A DNA stretch of 63,984 nucleotides, the filler included, from Octopus bimaculoides (lineage: Eukaryota): assembly GCF_001194135.2 (NCBI RefSeq). It is 7 parts of 5 records of this genome, joined end to end, with 100 filler letters (N's around TTAATTAATTAA, not from the genome) between each part and the next. Parts side by side here need not be neighbours in the genome. Positions count along the whole stretch, not along the records: positions 29,754 to 38,977 come from NC_068983.1; positions 39,078 to 44,134 come from NW_026421682.1; positions 44,235 to 57,162 come from NC_068982.1; 4 more parts are not named here. The stretch is one strand, 5' to 3'. Positions 38,946 through 51,525 of this stretch are shown one piece after another. Every line of letters starts with the position of its first letter. Position 1 is the first letter of the stretch. The notes under the pieces were generated by a model. That model was not told the origin of the DNA and ran no database searches. It saw only the letters and a list, made by a program, of their open reading frames with translations. A program made the translations under genes and the position numbers.

Positions 38946-39077
38946 CACACACACATTTTCATATATATATATATATANNNNNNNNNNNNNNNNNNNNNNN
39001 NNNNNNNNNNNNNNNNNNNNNTTAATTAATTAANNNNNNNNNNNNNNNNNNNNNNNNNNNNNNNNNNNNNNNNNNNN

Positions 39078-39163
39078 GAGAGAGGGAAACAGATAGACAG
39101 ACAGAGAGAAAGAGACAGAAAGAGATAGAGTAAGTATGTGTGTGTGTGTGTAGTGTGAGTGTG

Positions 39164-39203
<40 letters not shown>

Positions 39204-39407
39204 AAGATAGATAGATAGACAGACAGACAGAGAGATAGACAGACAGACATACAGATAGATAGATAGATAGATAGATAGACAGAGAGATAGATAGACAGAG
39301 AGNNNNNNNNNNAGATAGACAGAGAGATAGATAGACAGAGAGATATATAGATAGATAGATAGATAGATAGATAGAGAGATAGATAGATAGAGAGATAGAA
39401 AGATGGA

Positions 39408-39444
<37 letters not shown>

Positions 39445-39445
39445 A
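39078..39445 (+). repeat. Compound (GATA)n/(GACA)n/(GA)n microsatellite
   Basis: Directly visible. Confidence 0.95.
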
Positions 39446-39646
39446 ATAAGTGTGTGCGTGAGAGAGAGAGTGTATTGGCTCGTACTGCGTTGAACTGAGC
39501 GAATGTATTAATGTGTACGTATGTGTGCTTATACTGTGTGTGTGTGTGTGTGTGTGTGTATATGGTTATATACACAATAGACTCAGTGTGCATATGTAAA
39601 AGAATATACCAACGATGTACGATAGCCCCGCACACCCATGCTATAA

Positions 39647-39681
<35 letters not shown>

Positions 39682-40060
39682 TAAGCACACAAGCACTCGC
39701 TCACTAACACTACATACACACACACACACGTAGATACAGCAAGTGTTATACACACCACGTATAAGATCAGTGAACAGTTAAAAAAAATAAGACGCTTTTA
39801 TAGTATTTTCTTTGTGGGACCCTTTAACACAAGCTGTATGCATCTTATTGAAGCGCTTTCAATCCCAGTTCAAGCCTTGTTGACATACAGATTGCTTTTC
39901 GCAATTCTTCTTTCTCTCATTCCGTTACGATCCTCCGATCTCTCCTCCTCCTCTCTTTATTTTGTCGTCTTCATTTTTTTTTTCTTTTGAATTGTTTGTC
40001 TTTTTTGGTTTTCAGGAAGCAAAATAAATTCTTTCTGAAATGTTTAATTATCTGAAAATC

Positions 40061-40090
<30 letters not shown>

Positions 40091-40097
<7 letters not shown>

Positions 40098-40290
40098 CAC
40101 TCTCACTCCCATTCACTCTCACTCTCATTCACTCTCACTCTCATTCACTCTCACTCTCATTCACTCTCACTCTCATTCACTCTCACTCTCATTCACTCTC
40201 ACTCTCATTCACTCTCACTCTCATTCACTCTCACTCTCATTCACTCTCACTCTCATTCACTCTCACTCTCATTCACTCTCACTCTCACTC
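40091..40290 (+). repeat. 16-bp minisatellite (TCTCATTCACTCTCAC)n within a (CT)n tract
   Basis: About 12 near-identical units are directly readable. Confidence 0.9.
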
Positions 40291-40665
40291 TCTCTCTCTC
40301 TCTTTCTCCTCTTTCTCTCTCTCTCCCCCTCTCTCTCACACACACACACACTCGCAAAAAGCCACAAGACGTAATATGCATAAAGATAAGGTGTGTGTAT
40401 GTGTGTGTATACGAATATATGTATGCATGTATGTATGTATATATGTATGCACGTATGTATGAGTATGTGTGTATGTATGTATGAATGAATGAATGTACGT
40501 ATGCGTGTGTGTATCTGTATGTGTGTGTATATGTATGTAGGTATGTATGCGTGTGTGTACGTATGTATGTATTCATGTACGTACGTATGTGTGTATGTAT
40601 GTATGAATGAATGTACGTATGCGTGTGTGTGTATATGTATGTATGTATATGTATGTAGGTATGTA

Positions 40666-40702
<37 letters not shown>

Positions 40703-40819
40703 GTATATGTATGTGTGCATGTATGTATGTATGTGTGTATACATGCATGCATGTATGTATGTGTGTGTATGTATCTATGTATACATGCATGCATGTATGT
40801 GTGTGTGTGTGTATATTTG

Positions 40820-41258
40820 TGTGTGTCTGTTCCCCCACCATTGCTTGTTAACCGATGTTGGTATGTTTACGTCCCCGTAACTTAGCGGTTCGGCAAAAGA
40901 AACGGATACAATAAGTACTAGGCTTCCAAAGAATAAGTCCTGAGATCGATTTGTTCGACTAAAGGCGGTGCTCCAGCATGGCCGCAGTCAAATGAGTGAA
41001 ACAAGTAAAAGAATAAATGAATATATATATATATATATTTATGTAGGTGTGTGTCTTTGTGTCCGTTTGTCTGTTATATTCACCCTGCCCCATCACTGAT
41101 TGACAACCGGTGTGGGTTTGTCTACCTCCCCGCAACTTAGTGACTCGATAAAAGAGGTCGCTAGAATGAGTACGAGGCTTAAAGATAAGTCCTGGGATCG
41201 ATTCATTCGACCAAAACTCTTCAAGGACAATCCAATGACTGAAAAAAAATAAAAGAGA
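40820..41258 (+). mobile_element. Two adjacent SINE family A 3' halves
   Basis: Tail sequence at about 40820-41017 and a more diverged tail at about 41050-41258. Confidence 0.7.
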
Positions 41259-41324
41259 AAAATGGTAACAAATGCCCCCTTCCCTCACAGACAAACAGGA
41301 GCTACATACATAACAGAAGAGTCA

Positions 41325-41597
41325 TGAGTTCGATTCCCAGCAGCACATTGTGTCCTTGAGCAAGACACTTTATTTCACGTTGCTCCAGTCCACTCAGCTG
41401 GCGAAAATGTGTAGTACCCGTATTTCAAAGGGCCAGCCTTGTCACACTCTGTGTCATGCCGAAACTCCCTGAGAACTATTTTAAAGGTATGCATGTCTGT
41501 GGAGTGCTCAGCCACTTGCACGTTAATTTCACGAGCAGGCTGTTCCGTTGATCGGATCAACTGGAACATTCGTCGTCGTAACCGACGGAGTGCCAGC
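41325..41597 (+). mobile_element. SINE family C, CORE-like body (type 2)
   Basis: GTTCGATTCC, then GTGTCCTTGAGCAAGACACTT...GCTCCAGTCCACTCAGCTG, then the same tail as type 1. Confidence 0.8.
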
Positions 41598-42068
41598 TGA
41601 GAAGATTGTAAAGAAAGCAATCCGATGCACAAGCGTACTTAATCACCGTTTACGAAAACGATCAACAGAAAGAAACAACTGTAGCGTACACACAATGCAT
41701 TAAACGTTTCAAGGACACTAGTTTTAAGCAAGCCTCTAATAACTCTCCAACAAACCACAAAATTACAAAGTAAACGAAACGGGGCACCAGGTATCAAAAT
41801 CTGGCAGATACCATATTCAGACGCTGAAACAATATAACAAAAATAATCACTTGGACATGCTAGAAAAACAGTATGTTGAGGTAGCCTTGCACTCTATGAA
41901 AACCCAGTTAACATTCAGTTTACAGCCGTAAAATTAGTGGAAGTTAATAGGGCTTAAAAATTGCAAGTATATTGCGATAGAAAATGGGAGTCATAACAAT
42001 GATATCCAGTAATTTCATATGAACAATGTATGTGACATAACCAATGTATAGAACGTAAGCACTCAGAA

Positions 42069-42755
42069 TAGGGGTTCTCAATCATTTTTTACCTATGGAC
42101 ACCTTTGATTACTATTTTATTCTGGTGGACCCCCATAACAATTCAATGTTTAAAACCTAGTTCCATAGAAACTTCTTTCGAAATTCCTATTTTGCTTTTC
42201 AAACATTAACTTGTGTAGGTTGAACTATTTCAAATATTAGAGAAAATAAGCAAGATGTTTCTTGCAATACATACAAATACATACATCTAAAGCAAGGGTT
42301 CTCAACAATTTTCTTTTTTATCTAAGGACCCCTTTGATTTCTATTTTATTTTGGTGGACCCCATAGCCATTCGATCATTAAAAACTAGCTTTATAGAAAC
42401 TTCTTTCAAAATTCCTATTTTGTTTTTCAAATATTAACTTGTGTAGGTTGAACTACATAAAATGTTTGAGAAAGAAACCTTGCGGTTTCTTGCAATACAT
42501 ACCAATACATACATCTAAAGCAGGGGTTCTCAAACATTTATACTCTATGGACCCCCTTTGATTACTATTTTATTCTGGTGGACCCCCCCCCCACCCACAA
42601 CCATTCGATGTTTAAAAATTAGTTTTATAGAAACTTCTTCCAAAATTCCTATTTTGTTTTTCACGCATTTAATTTGTGTAAGTTGAACTATGTAAAATGT
42701 TAGAGAAAGAAACCTATCTGTTTCTTGCAATACATACCAATACATACATCTAAAC
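42069..42755 (+). repeat. Three tandem units of about 225 bp, each starting with a hAT-type terminus
   Basis: Units start at about 42069, 42293 and 42521 with (C/T)A(G/A)GGGTTCTCAA and end ATACATACATCTAAA(G/C). Confidence 0.85.
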
Positions 42756-43573
42756 TTTAGGTCCTAGAAGAAGGTAATCTCTAAAATAAATGGGATTTTT
42801 GTCTAGAGGAAGTGATGTCATCAGACGGTATCCAACAACCATCTGATGTAACACCCTTCCGTTCGTGGGTCAGCCACTGGCTCGGAAACGAAATTTGCAG
42901 GTCCAAAAATTTTACAAACAAGGTCTTATTGCGTTTTTGTTTTTGTTCTTTGTTCTTTGAGAAAGAACCTAACTTCAAGCTACATCTTACAGATCACTTT
43001 TTATTCATCGTTTTCTAAACCTGAGAAAAACATGTAGAGGAGTAAATTTTCATTTTGAACCCCACAAAGATTCTAGGGGGTGCGCTTGCAGCCCCCTGCA
43101 CCCCATTTCCGGGCCCATGGGCTCAACATCTCCTTCAGCTTAAATCCTCTCTCTTGCTCCATAACCAGCAAACCAGTAAGAGGCATTTTCTTTTGCTGGT
43201 TATGGAGCATATATTCTTAATATAACATGAGAACATACATGTTTTACATAAGTTTAAAACAATCGCATTTATTGGAAAACATAAAGGTCATTGATGCACG
43301 AGATGAAATTCGTGAATAGCGTTTCACCATCTCTAAATTTATTTCAGCACATGAGATGAAGCACACATGAAGATACGATGTAAATAAATCATCGCTAGCC
43401 CCAACATTGTCGCCTCGGTTTCTTCGTGGCGAGAATCCGTTACCCATCTATAGTCTGCATATGAATGCTGTCAAAGTAAAGACCTACAAAATTGAGTGAA
43501 TGGTCGACAATTTCATGAGTATAGCAGTTGCCGAGTCCAACACAGGAAACCCGCATACCGAATATCAAACACT

Positions 43574-43741
43574 GCACATTATTTACATTTGATGGATATT
43601 TGTCCTCATCTTGTTTGTTGTTAACACAACGTTTCGGCTGATATACCCCCCAGCCTTCATCAGGGGTCTTGGGGGAATTTCGAACTTGGGTTCTCATTTC
43701 TAAGGTGTTTTGCGATGTTATTATTATCATTATCATCATCA

Positions 43742-43783
<42 letters not shown>

Positions 43784-43850
43784 TCACAGCCTCTAATCGA
43801 ACGCGGAATCTTGGGGTTAGTAGCCGGCGCTCTTAACCACTATGTCATAT
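43574..43850 (-). mobile_element. SINE family D: tRNA-like head, (AAT)n, Penelope-like tail
   Basis: Minus strand reads TGACATAGTGGTTAAGAGCG...GTTCGATT, then (AAT)n, then CTGATGAAGGCTG...CAGCCGAAACGTTG. An inverted partial head lies at about 43860-43890. Confidence 0.6.
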
Positions 43851-43886
43851 GCCCACGGGCATTCCGAGTTCGATTCCAGGCTTTGA

Positions 43887-43940
<54 letters not shown>

Positions 43941-43942
<2 letters not shown>

Positions 43943-44560
43943 CGCCAGAAAAGGTCACAGAAAACGAGAAAGCAACCATACTCTGGGATATGCCAATACA
44001 CACAGATAGAGAAATTAAGGCAAACAGACCAGATATAGTTGTCAAAGAACATGAAGAAACAAAAATGCTTTCTAATTGATGTACCAATACCAGCAGATGA
44101 CGTTTCTCTAAAAGAAATGGAAAAACTTTCAAAANNNNNNNNNNNNNNNNNNNNNNNNNNNNNNNNNNNNNNNNNNNNTTAATTAATTAANNNNNNNNNN
44201 NNNNNNNNNNNNNNNNNNNNNNNNNNNNNNNNNNAAATGGAAAAACTTTCAAAATACAAAGACCTGGAAATAGAGATAACTCGAATGTGGAATCTAAAAA
44301 CAGAAACAATTCCTATCATAGTAGGTGCCTTAGGTATAATAAAAAAATATTCAGACAAATACATAACAAAAACACCAGGACTTACAAATATATATAACAT
44401 ACAGAAAATTGCACTACTGGTACTGCACACATTCTACGCAAAACACTTTCGATACAGTAAACATAAGAGCACCACAGCAAACCACAGCACATACCCAAGG
44501 CGCACAGAGCTGCGCTCGGTAGTGAAGTGAAAGCACGTTATAAAAATAAAACTACTGAAC
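43941..44560 (+). mobile_element. 5'-truncated RLE-encoding non-LTR retrotransposon (R4/Dong-like)
   Basis: ILWDMPIHTDREIKANRPDIVV and EKLSKYKDLEIEITRMW...IPIIVGAL are restriction-like endonuclease motifs. Both ends are flanked by (AAT)n; there is an internal gap. Confidence 0.85.
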
Positions 44561-44584
44561 AATAATAATAATAATAATATTAAT

Positions 44585-44790
44585 ATATAGTTGGAATTTA
44601 CAAAGAAAAAAAACAAAAGACGAAGACGGGTGTGTAAACAGCAAACAGATGTATTTGTTTAACGCTCCGGACGTGAGAAAGTCTTTCACGGTTGGAACTT
44701 ACGATCTTCAATAGAAAGTAACACAGAAATAAACAGGGAGAGAAAATAGAAAAAGGTTTAGTGGCCAGCGATCAATCATGGCGAATATAT
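44585..44790 (-). mobile_element. Repeat P2, second copy
   Basis: Reverse complement of 13170-13378 (ATCGCCATGATTGATCGCT...CTGTCTTCG-CTTTTG). Confidence 0.6.
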
Positions 44791-45192
44791 GTTTACACGT
44801 ATATGTAATTATATATATAATTATAATAATAAGGGCACTAACGCGTTGGGCCACATGATGCACGTAGACGCAGATAGATTTTACTGGTATTTTATCTCTG
44901 TGTTTCGCACCAGTGATTTTGGAATATGACTCAGATTTATAAATCAGATGTGGTGTTTATAAGACGGCAGCACGAAGGAGATCCTGTTAGGATCTTCCGT
45001 ACAGCCAAGTCTGACGACTGGTAAATTTCTTTTTACCATTAGAAACATTTTAACACAAAGGAAAGCTTTTGTGACAATGACAAGAACAGGCTGTTTTGAG
45101 ACTAAATTGATACTGCATAAATAATGAGCGTGTGTGTATATGTGTGTGTATACGTACACATGCATATATACAAAGTTTTGTAGAAGATAATC

Positions 45193-45233
<41 letters not shown>

Positions 45234-46103
45234 NNNNNNNNNNNNNNNNNNNNNNNNNNNNNNNNNNNNNNNNNNNNNNNNATATATATATATATATATA
45301 TATATAGACATCCACATACATACATACATATATACAAACACACAGATATATATATACACATATACAGAGACAAACCGTGTACTTGTGCACAATGTCCTAG
45401 GAGAGCAAAGACAATTTTGAATAAACCAATGTGATGGCTGATTTGAAATTGATTAAGTTTTCCACATGCACCTGCAACCTGTCGAACAGCTTTGAAGATA
45501 TTTGAACACATTTCTGAACGCTCATCTTAGTCTCCTACCAACAGCCTTCAGACGTCAGTGTAGAATATGTCTCTTCAAAATTATTTGAAATTGTCGAACT
45601 CTACACCTGGAATGCCTACAAATCTTTGCGGATTTCCGTTGTTCCTCTTGTAGTGACCAACATATCTTCGACGCGATCAGATATTTCAGTTACTATTCGA
45701 AACGATTAAAGTAAGAATATTCTGTTTTGTTTTAAGGAAGAAAATCAGTTTGAAGTTGTTGCGTGTAATCACACTAATTTATTAGTTTCAAATGACAATT
45801 AATTATGTTCCTAGTTCTCCATAATTAAACAACATTTCATAATAATTCTGTTCGTCTGTACGTTACTTAACCCATCGCTAACGTATTCACGTGATTATGG
45901 AAAAAGAGCGAGAACGATAAAAGGGAGAGAGAAAAAGAGAGGCAGAAAGAGACAGAAAGGAAAAGAGGGAGAGAGAAGCATCCATAACATGTGGCAGGGG
46001 GGATGTAATATTTAGTATGTGGTTAAAAAATTTAATTGAAGATAGTGATATAGGAGAGAGTTAGGAATGTAATTTTTGCAGAGAGATGATGTTCTGATGG
46101 TGA

Positions 46104-46111
46104 GATTAAAG

Positions 46112-46142
<31 letters not shown>

Positions 46143-46298
46143 TTAAAGAAAGGCAGTGAGAGAGAGAGAGATTAAAGAAAGGCAGTGAGAGAGAGAGAGA
46201 TTAAAGAAAAGCAGTGAGAGAGAGAGAGAGAGAGATTAAAGAAAGGCAGTGAGAGAGAGAGAGAGAGAGAGATATTAAAGAAAGGCAGTGAGAGAGAG
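46104..46298 (+). repeat. Compound minisatellite ATTAAAGAAAGGCAGT + (GA)n
   Basis: Six copies of the fixed motif separated by variable-length (GA)n. Confidence 0.9.
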
Positions 46299-47663
46299 CG
46301 AGAGAAAAATGATGATGATGGTGGCGGTGATGGGGAGTCCATAGTGAGAATTAATATATTAGATGAACTAATTTTTTAATATCACCTACAAATTGAAATG
46401 TGTATTGGCTCTGACCCATCACCCTAGCTTATAAGTTACCAACGATGCGGTTTGTTTATGGGAAAATTGGAAAAATAAGAGTACTATGTATTAAGATTAA
46501 GAAATTGTGTATAAAGTATATAATCTATTTACATAAAATGCATTTAAGTAATGATCGTGTTTCAAATTCCTTCACTTTTCAATGATTAGCAGACCAGTGG
46601 CTAACTTTTGATACTGTCACAACACAGGCTATACTTTCAGGTTTTTGGATTCAGTTTTCAGCAATAACTCAATAGGTTTACTATTAATTCCCTGAAATAT
46701 TCATGGGTCCGGCTAGTTTATCATTAATCTAACTTTACTAACAGTAATATATGCTGAAAACTGGATAAAACCATATTGCACTGCCATATCTACACGAACA
46801 TGTTTTGCATAAATGAAATTCGAACCCATAAAAGTGTTGAAAAAGCTAAACCACGTCAACTTAAATAATCGAGCTTATGTTACGAATCTAAAATTCTTGA
46901 AGAATAGTATTTAGTGTATTTTCTATTGAGAAACTTTGTAAAAATAACGTAAAATGCAATTTTGATGACGGTCGTATTTGGGTACATCTGATAAGGGATA
47001 TTTTTTAGAAGGCAACATTGTCAATAATTTTAGTGATAATTGTAGAATTTACACATTCTCTAAATATTATTTTCTCGAATTTTCTCAAAATATTCAAACA
47101 CATTCGAATATATATTAAAAATAACATTACGAATATTTTTTTAACATCAAATTGTTAAAATATTATTTTACAGCAGTGAAAAAGTAACATATTTGTAAAA
47201 AGTAGATTTTAGAGTATGTCTTATATATTTCTTTTATTTGTTTCTTTCTTTATTTATTTAAATTCTTACCTTTATACCAAAAAATATAAAAACAGGTTCC
47301 ACGGGTGAACTCATGTGATCTAATAAATCATGTTTTGTTGTAAGGCGCTATCGCTTTTAACTTTCTGAGAGCTTATATAATTTAATATGATTTTGTTTTT
47401 ACTGTTTAAACAAATATTTGTAATCAATATTCTCTAAGATAAATCAATAACACTACTTTTTAAGCGTTGTTTTTTAGTCGTCTTATTTAATCACTTGAAT
47501 ATACATAATATAATATATATCTGAATTAGAACTTTTTTCATAAATGTTTATTTATATGTGACAGAAAGAACCTTTTGGTTGTATTTAATCGTCTTAATGT
47601 TGATTTTAGTCCTTCCATCAGGTGTGTAGTGGAGTAGGAGTAGAAATATGAAAAGCAATATAT

Positions 47664-47701
<38 letters not shown>

Positions 47702-49879
47702 CAATGTGTGATCATACGTATGTTGCGAAATTAAAGAAAATCGAATAAAAAATGTTTCAAGGACACATATAATAATGTAACAAAGTGCCATGTATGAAAT
47801 TAAACGAGATCTAAAAGAAAGCAAAGTGACAAACTATGTGTAAACAAAGAGTATGAGTTGTTGAAGTGAAAATCATAATTATAGGGCATATATATGAATT
47901 ATGTGCATTTGAAAAAAAAAAAGACGAAAAATGTGTGTTCCGTCGAAGGTTCGAATCGTTGAATATCCCATTTTACTATGCTCTGATTTGATAAGATTAC
48001 TTGCTTTTTATTATAAGAAATGAGAGTAAGAGGAGGAAATATGTTGAGCTAATGAGGTTATGGTAACGCAGTAGGTGGCATACATATCGTTTGCAGACAA
48101 ATACATCCGCAGAGCTAACATCATATTTGACACCACAGGGTCCAGTACACTGAAGGCCATCAAGTTGGCTATAGGGACAACAGAAATAGCTTCATATCAG
48201 TAATTACGAGCTTTAGAAGTGGCAGTGCTATCAAATATAATGCCATATGGACAGAAGCTGGGTGTTGGTCAACCCAGGCTGTATCGGCTGTGACGTTGAG
48301 AGACCAAAAGTACCTCTGTCGATGTCTGACTTTGAAAGACCAAACATACCTAATGACTGCAGGTCTCATCACCGATGATGTGCTCGGGTGCATCACAGGG
48401 TGATCTATGGAGCAATCATCATTTCAATGTGATACTTAATACATCTTTTTGAACAATTTGTAGGAACAAAATCTCTTGCATATGTCTAATTTATTGTATT
48501 TTAATGGTAGTGATGTAAGAAACATTCACAACACCCACGTGTGTTTCATTTACTATTACTCCATTATAATGGTTTAATGTTTGCATGTGTAATATATCAT
48601 ATGATAAAAAGAGAATTTTGAATCCCAAACGTTTTCATTATATTGCACTGAAAAGATTTACGAGAACGACTACATAGACTAGAGTTATATGATAAAAAAC
48701 ATAAAAATACATTTTGACTGAAATAAAGTTTTTTGTTCTGTTTTATACAAAAAAAAGTCATGGATATAATAAATCTTTGACGCGGAATTAATGTTTATAC
48801 ACAAACCGACTATATTCTATTTTCATTAAACTGATTGTAACTGAAACGTGAGAGTGATATTTTCAAAAATTCATCTCAGCTTAGAATTATAATCAATTCA
48901 ACATGTGAGTAGAACATTTTTCTTCTTAAAAAAAAGACGTCTAATTTGATGAATTATTTCCTCCCCGTCTTGCTGGTACCAAAAACATGTTCACTGAATC
49001 ACAGAGGCCCTTGATCTCCCCTTGTGAAAGTTCCATCCACGAAGTTCCCCTAACCAGCCTTATCCCTGACCATCCTTTTCAAATACCCCTAGAACCAGTC
49101 ACATATTGTCACGTTTGGCCTAAGTGTCGATCACCAATAGCTTCATGACGTTTCTCTCTTTGACAGGCTAACAATCTAACTAAAGATTTGCATTAGGGGT
49201 TTCATTTGAAAATCTACGTAGTGACCCTGTACCGGGGTCTTCGGAGGGTGTGCTCACTTCATTCCCAATATTTTGACTTGATCTTTGTGTGGTCCAGCCT
49301 ATGTTGGTTTTGCTTACACAAAGCTAAGTTGTTGATTTGTTGCTTTCGTCAATGAAATCTGACGATCGTTCTGAAGTAATGTTTGATGAAAGTCTAATTC
49401 ATCAAATGGTGCGTAGAAACCATCACTTATTCATATACATATCTGAATTGTTGTTGTTTGGTATCCGTCGGTCAATTTCCATCTAAAAAACTTACTGCAT
49501 GGAGGTAATCTGGCGAAGATCACAATATATCCCTCGTCCTAACTATTCCACAACCATGTACCTCACCCTCAAAATATAGGATTGATTCTTGTTCAGTATA
49601 TTTCTGAAACCTGGAGACATTACACTCGTTCCACTACACAATCTGTTTCCCTACCTGATGGACAGTAGCCTCATGAGTACTTGCATAGAAGGTAATGGAC
49701 CCAGTATGAGGCTAGAGTAGAAGATACTTGCACGGGATTGCACGCAGTGTGTCAGACATCAGGAACATATGATTGACAAGCAAGTGTCTTACCAATCAGG
49801 TCTGCGCTTATATATATCGGATCAACTGGAAGCCTCTTCCTCGTAACCGACGGAGTGCTAGTTATATACATATATATAT

Positions 49880-50116
49880 TCTTTCTTTTGTTCTTTTAGT
49901 TTGCTTCACTTATTTGACCGCGCCGACGGTGGAGCACAACCTTAAGGGGATTTAGTCGAACAGATCGACCCCACATCTTATTCTTTGCAAGCCTAGTAGT
50001 TATTCTATCGGTATATTTGCCGAACGGCTAGGTGACGGGGACATAGATACACCAACATCAGATCTTAAGTGAAGGTGGTGGGGATAAACACAGACACAAG
50101 CACACAAATGTATAGG

Positions 50117-50158
<42 letters not shown>

Positions 50159-50310
50159 CGACGGGCTTCTTTCAGTTTCCGGTAACCAAATCAGCTCACA
50201 CGGTATTTATCGAACCGAGAGCTACTATAGAAGATAGCCGCCCAAGGTGCCGGGCAGTCGGACTGAACCCGGAACCATCTGATTGGGAAGCAAACAGCCA
50301 CGACTGCGCT
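49880..50310 (-). mobile_element. SINE family A, near full length, diverged
   Basis: Reverse-strand tail, internal (TA)n, ACGACGGGCTTCTTTCAGTTTCC body, and head ending CAGCCACGACTGCGC. Confidence 0.8.
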
Positions 50311-50339
50311 TATATATACATACCCACACACACATACAT

Positions 50340-51290
50340 GGATTTTTCTCTTTTGATCGGCAGATCGAGAAATTAACTTTTTGCAGCTAAACACTTTCAA
50401 ACTTCGGACACTGGTAGAATGTGTCATATAAAACATTTTTACTCATACTGTTGTTGAGAAAAGTTTATATTTTCAAATTTATTTCGTGTTGAAGTTGTCG
50501 TATTTCGGTAATTTCAAGCAATCAATGACGTGTATTCAACTGAATAAAATTACTGCTGTTGTTTGTCAATAACAACTTCTGGCGGTGTATATTTTGTTTG
50601 TCACAGTTATTTATGACATATTTCGCATTTCTCCTGCTTTTAGGTTTTTTTTTTCCTGTTTTTCAGCTACTATTTTCGGAAAGACTTCCTCCTCCCTGTT
50701 TCTTCTCGCAAATTATTGTTTTTTTAAAATTTATTGTGCCAAAAACCTACGTTTTGGGATACGGAGATTCCCGAAAATTGCCAACAATTGGAATTTTTAA
50801 ATTACCCCCTTACCCATCCCCCTCCAATTTCTTCAATTTTCGCATTTTTCCGTAATTCTAATCCTAAAACCCCAACCCTAACCTAAAACGCTAACCCTAA
50901 CCCTAAAAGCCTAACCATAAAACCCTAACCCTAACCCTAAAAGCCTAACCATAAAACCCTAACCCTAACCCTAAAACCCTCAAGCTAAAACAAGTACAAA
51001 CGCACGAACGATGTCATAAAGAACAGTGACAAACGAAATATACACCGCCGATGGTTGTTGTTGACAGACAACTGCAGTGATTTTATTCGGCTGAATACAC
51101 GTCATTGATTGGTTGAAATTACTGAAACATGACAACATTAACACGAAATAAATTTGTAAATAGAATTTTTTCTCAACAACGCTAACAGTAAAAATGTTTT
51201 ATATAACACATTGTACCAGTGTCCGAAGTTTGAAAGTGTTTAGTTACAAAAAATTAATTCCTCGATCTGCCGTTGAAAGTGAAAAGATCC
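50340..51290. mobile_element. Foldback/MITE-like element with terminal inverted repeats of about 288 bp
   Basis: 50340-50628 is an imperfect reverse complement of 51003-51290. The interior carries telomere-like repeats. No TSD was resolved. Confidence 0.8.
50858..50990 (+). repeat. Interstitial telomere-like (CCCTAA)n with a 34-bp higher-order unit
   Basis: CTAACCCTAACCCTAAAAGCCTAACCATAAAACC at 50891 and 50925, with a partial third copy at 50959. Confidence 0.85.
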
Positions 51291-51525
51291 TAAAACATTG
51301 ATATATTCGCGTCTCCTGTTACACATCAGTAACCATTTATCTGTGTTCCACGTGATTTATTACACTCCAGTAGTACCATATTTTCTTTTCTTTTCTTCAT
51401 TAAAATGAATGTTCTGTCTGCTATGTTTAGCATTTCTCTCACAATATACTTCTCATTATGCTTCATCTAATTTGGTTAATAATTTACCAAATGTATCTTA
51501 AAAAACTTAACAATTATGTATTTGT

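Noticed and set aside
50858-50990. True telomere or chromosome fusion site
   Set aside because: Short, degenerate, in a single orientation and enclosed by inverted repeats.
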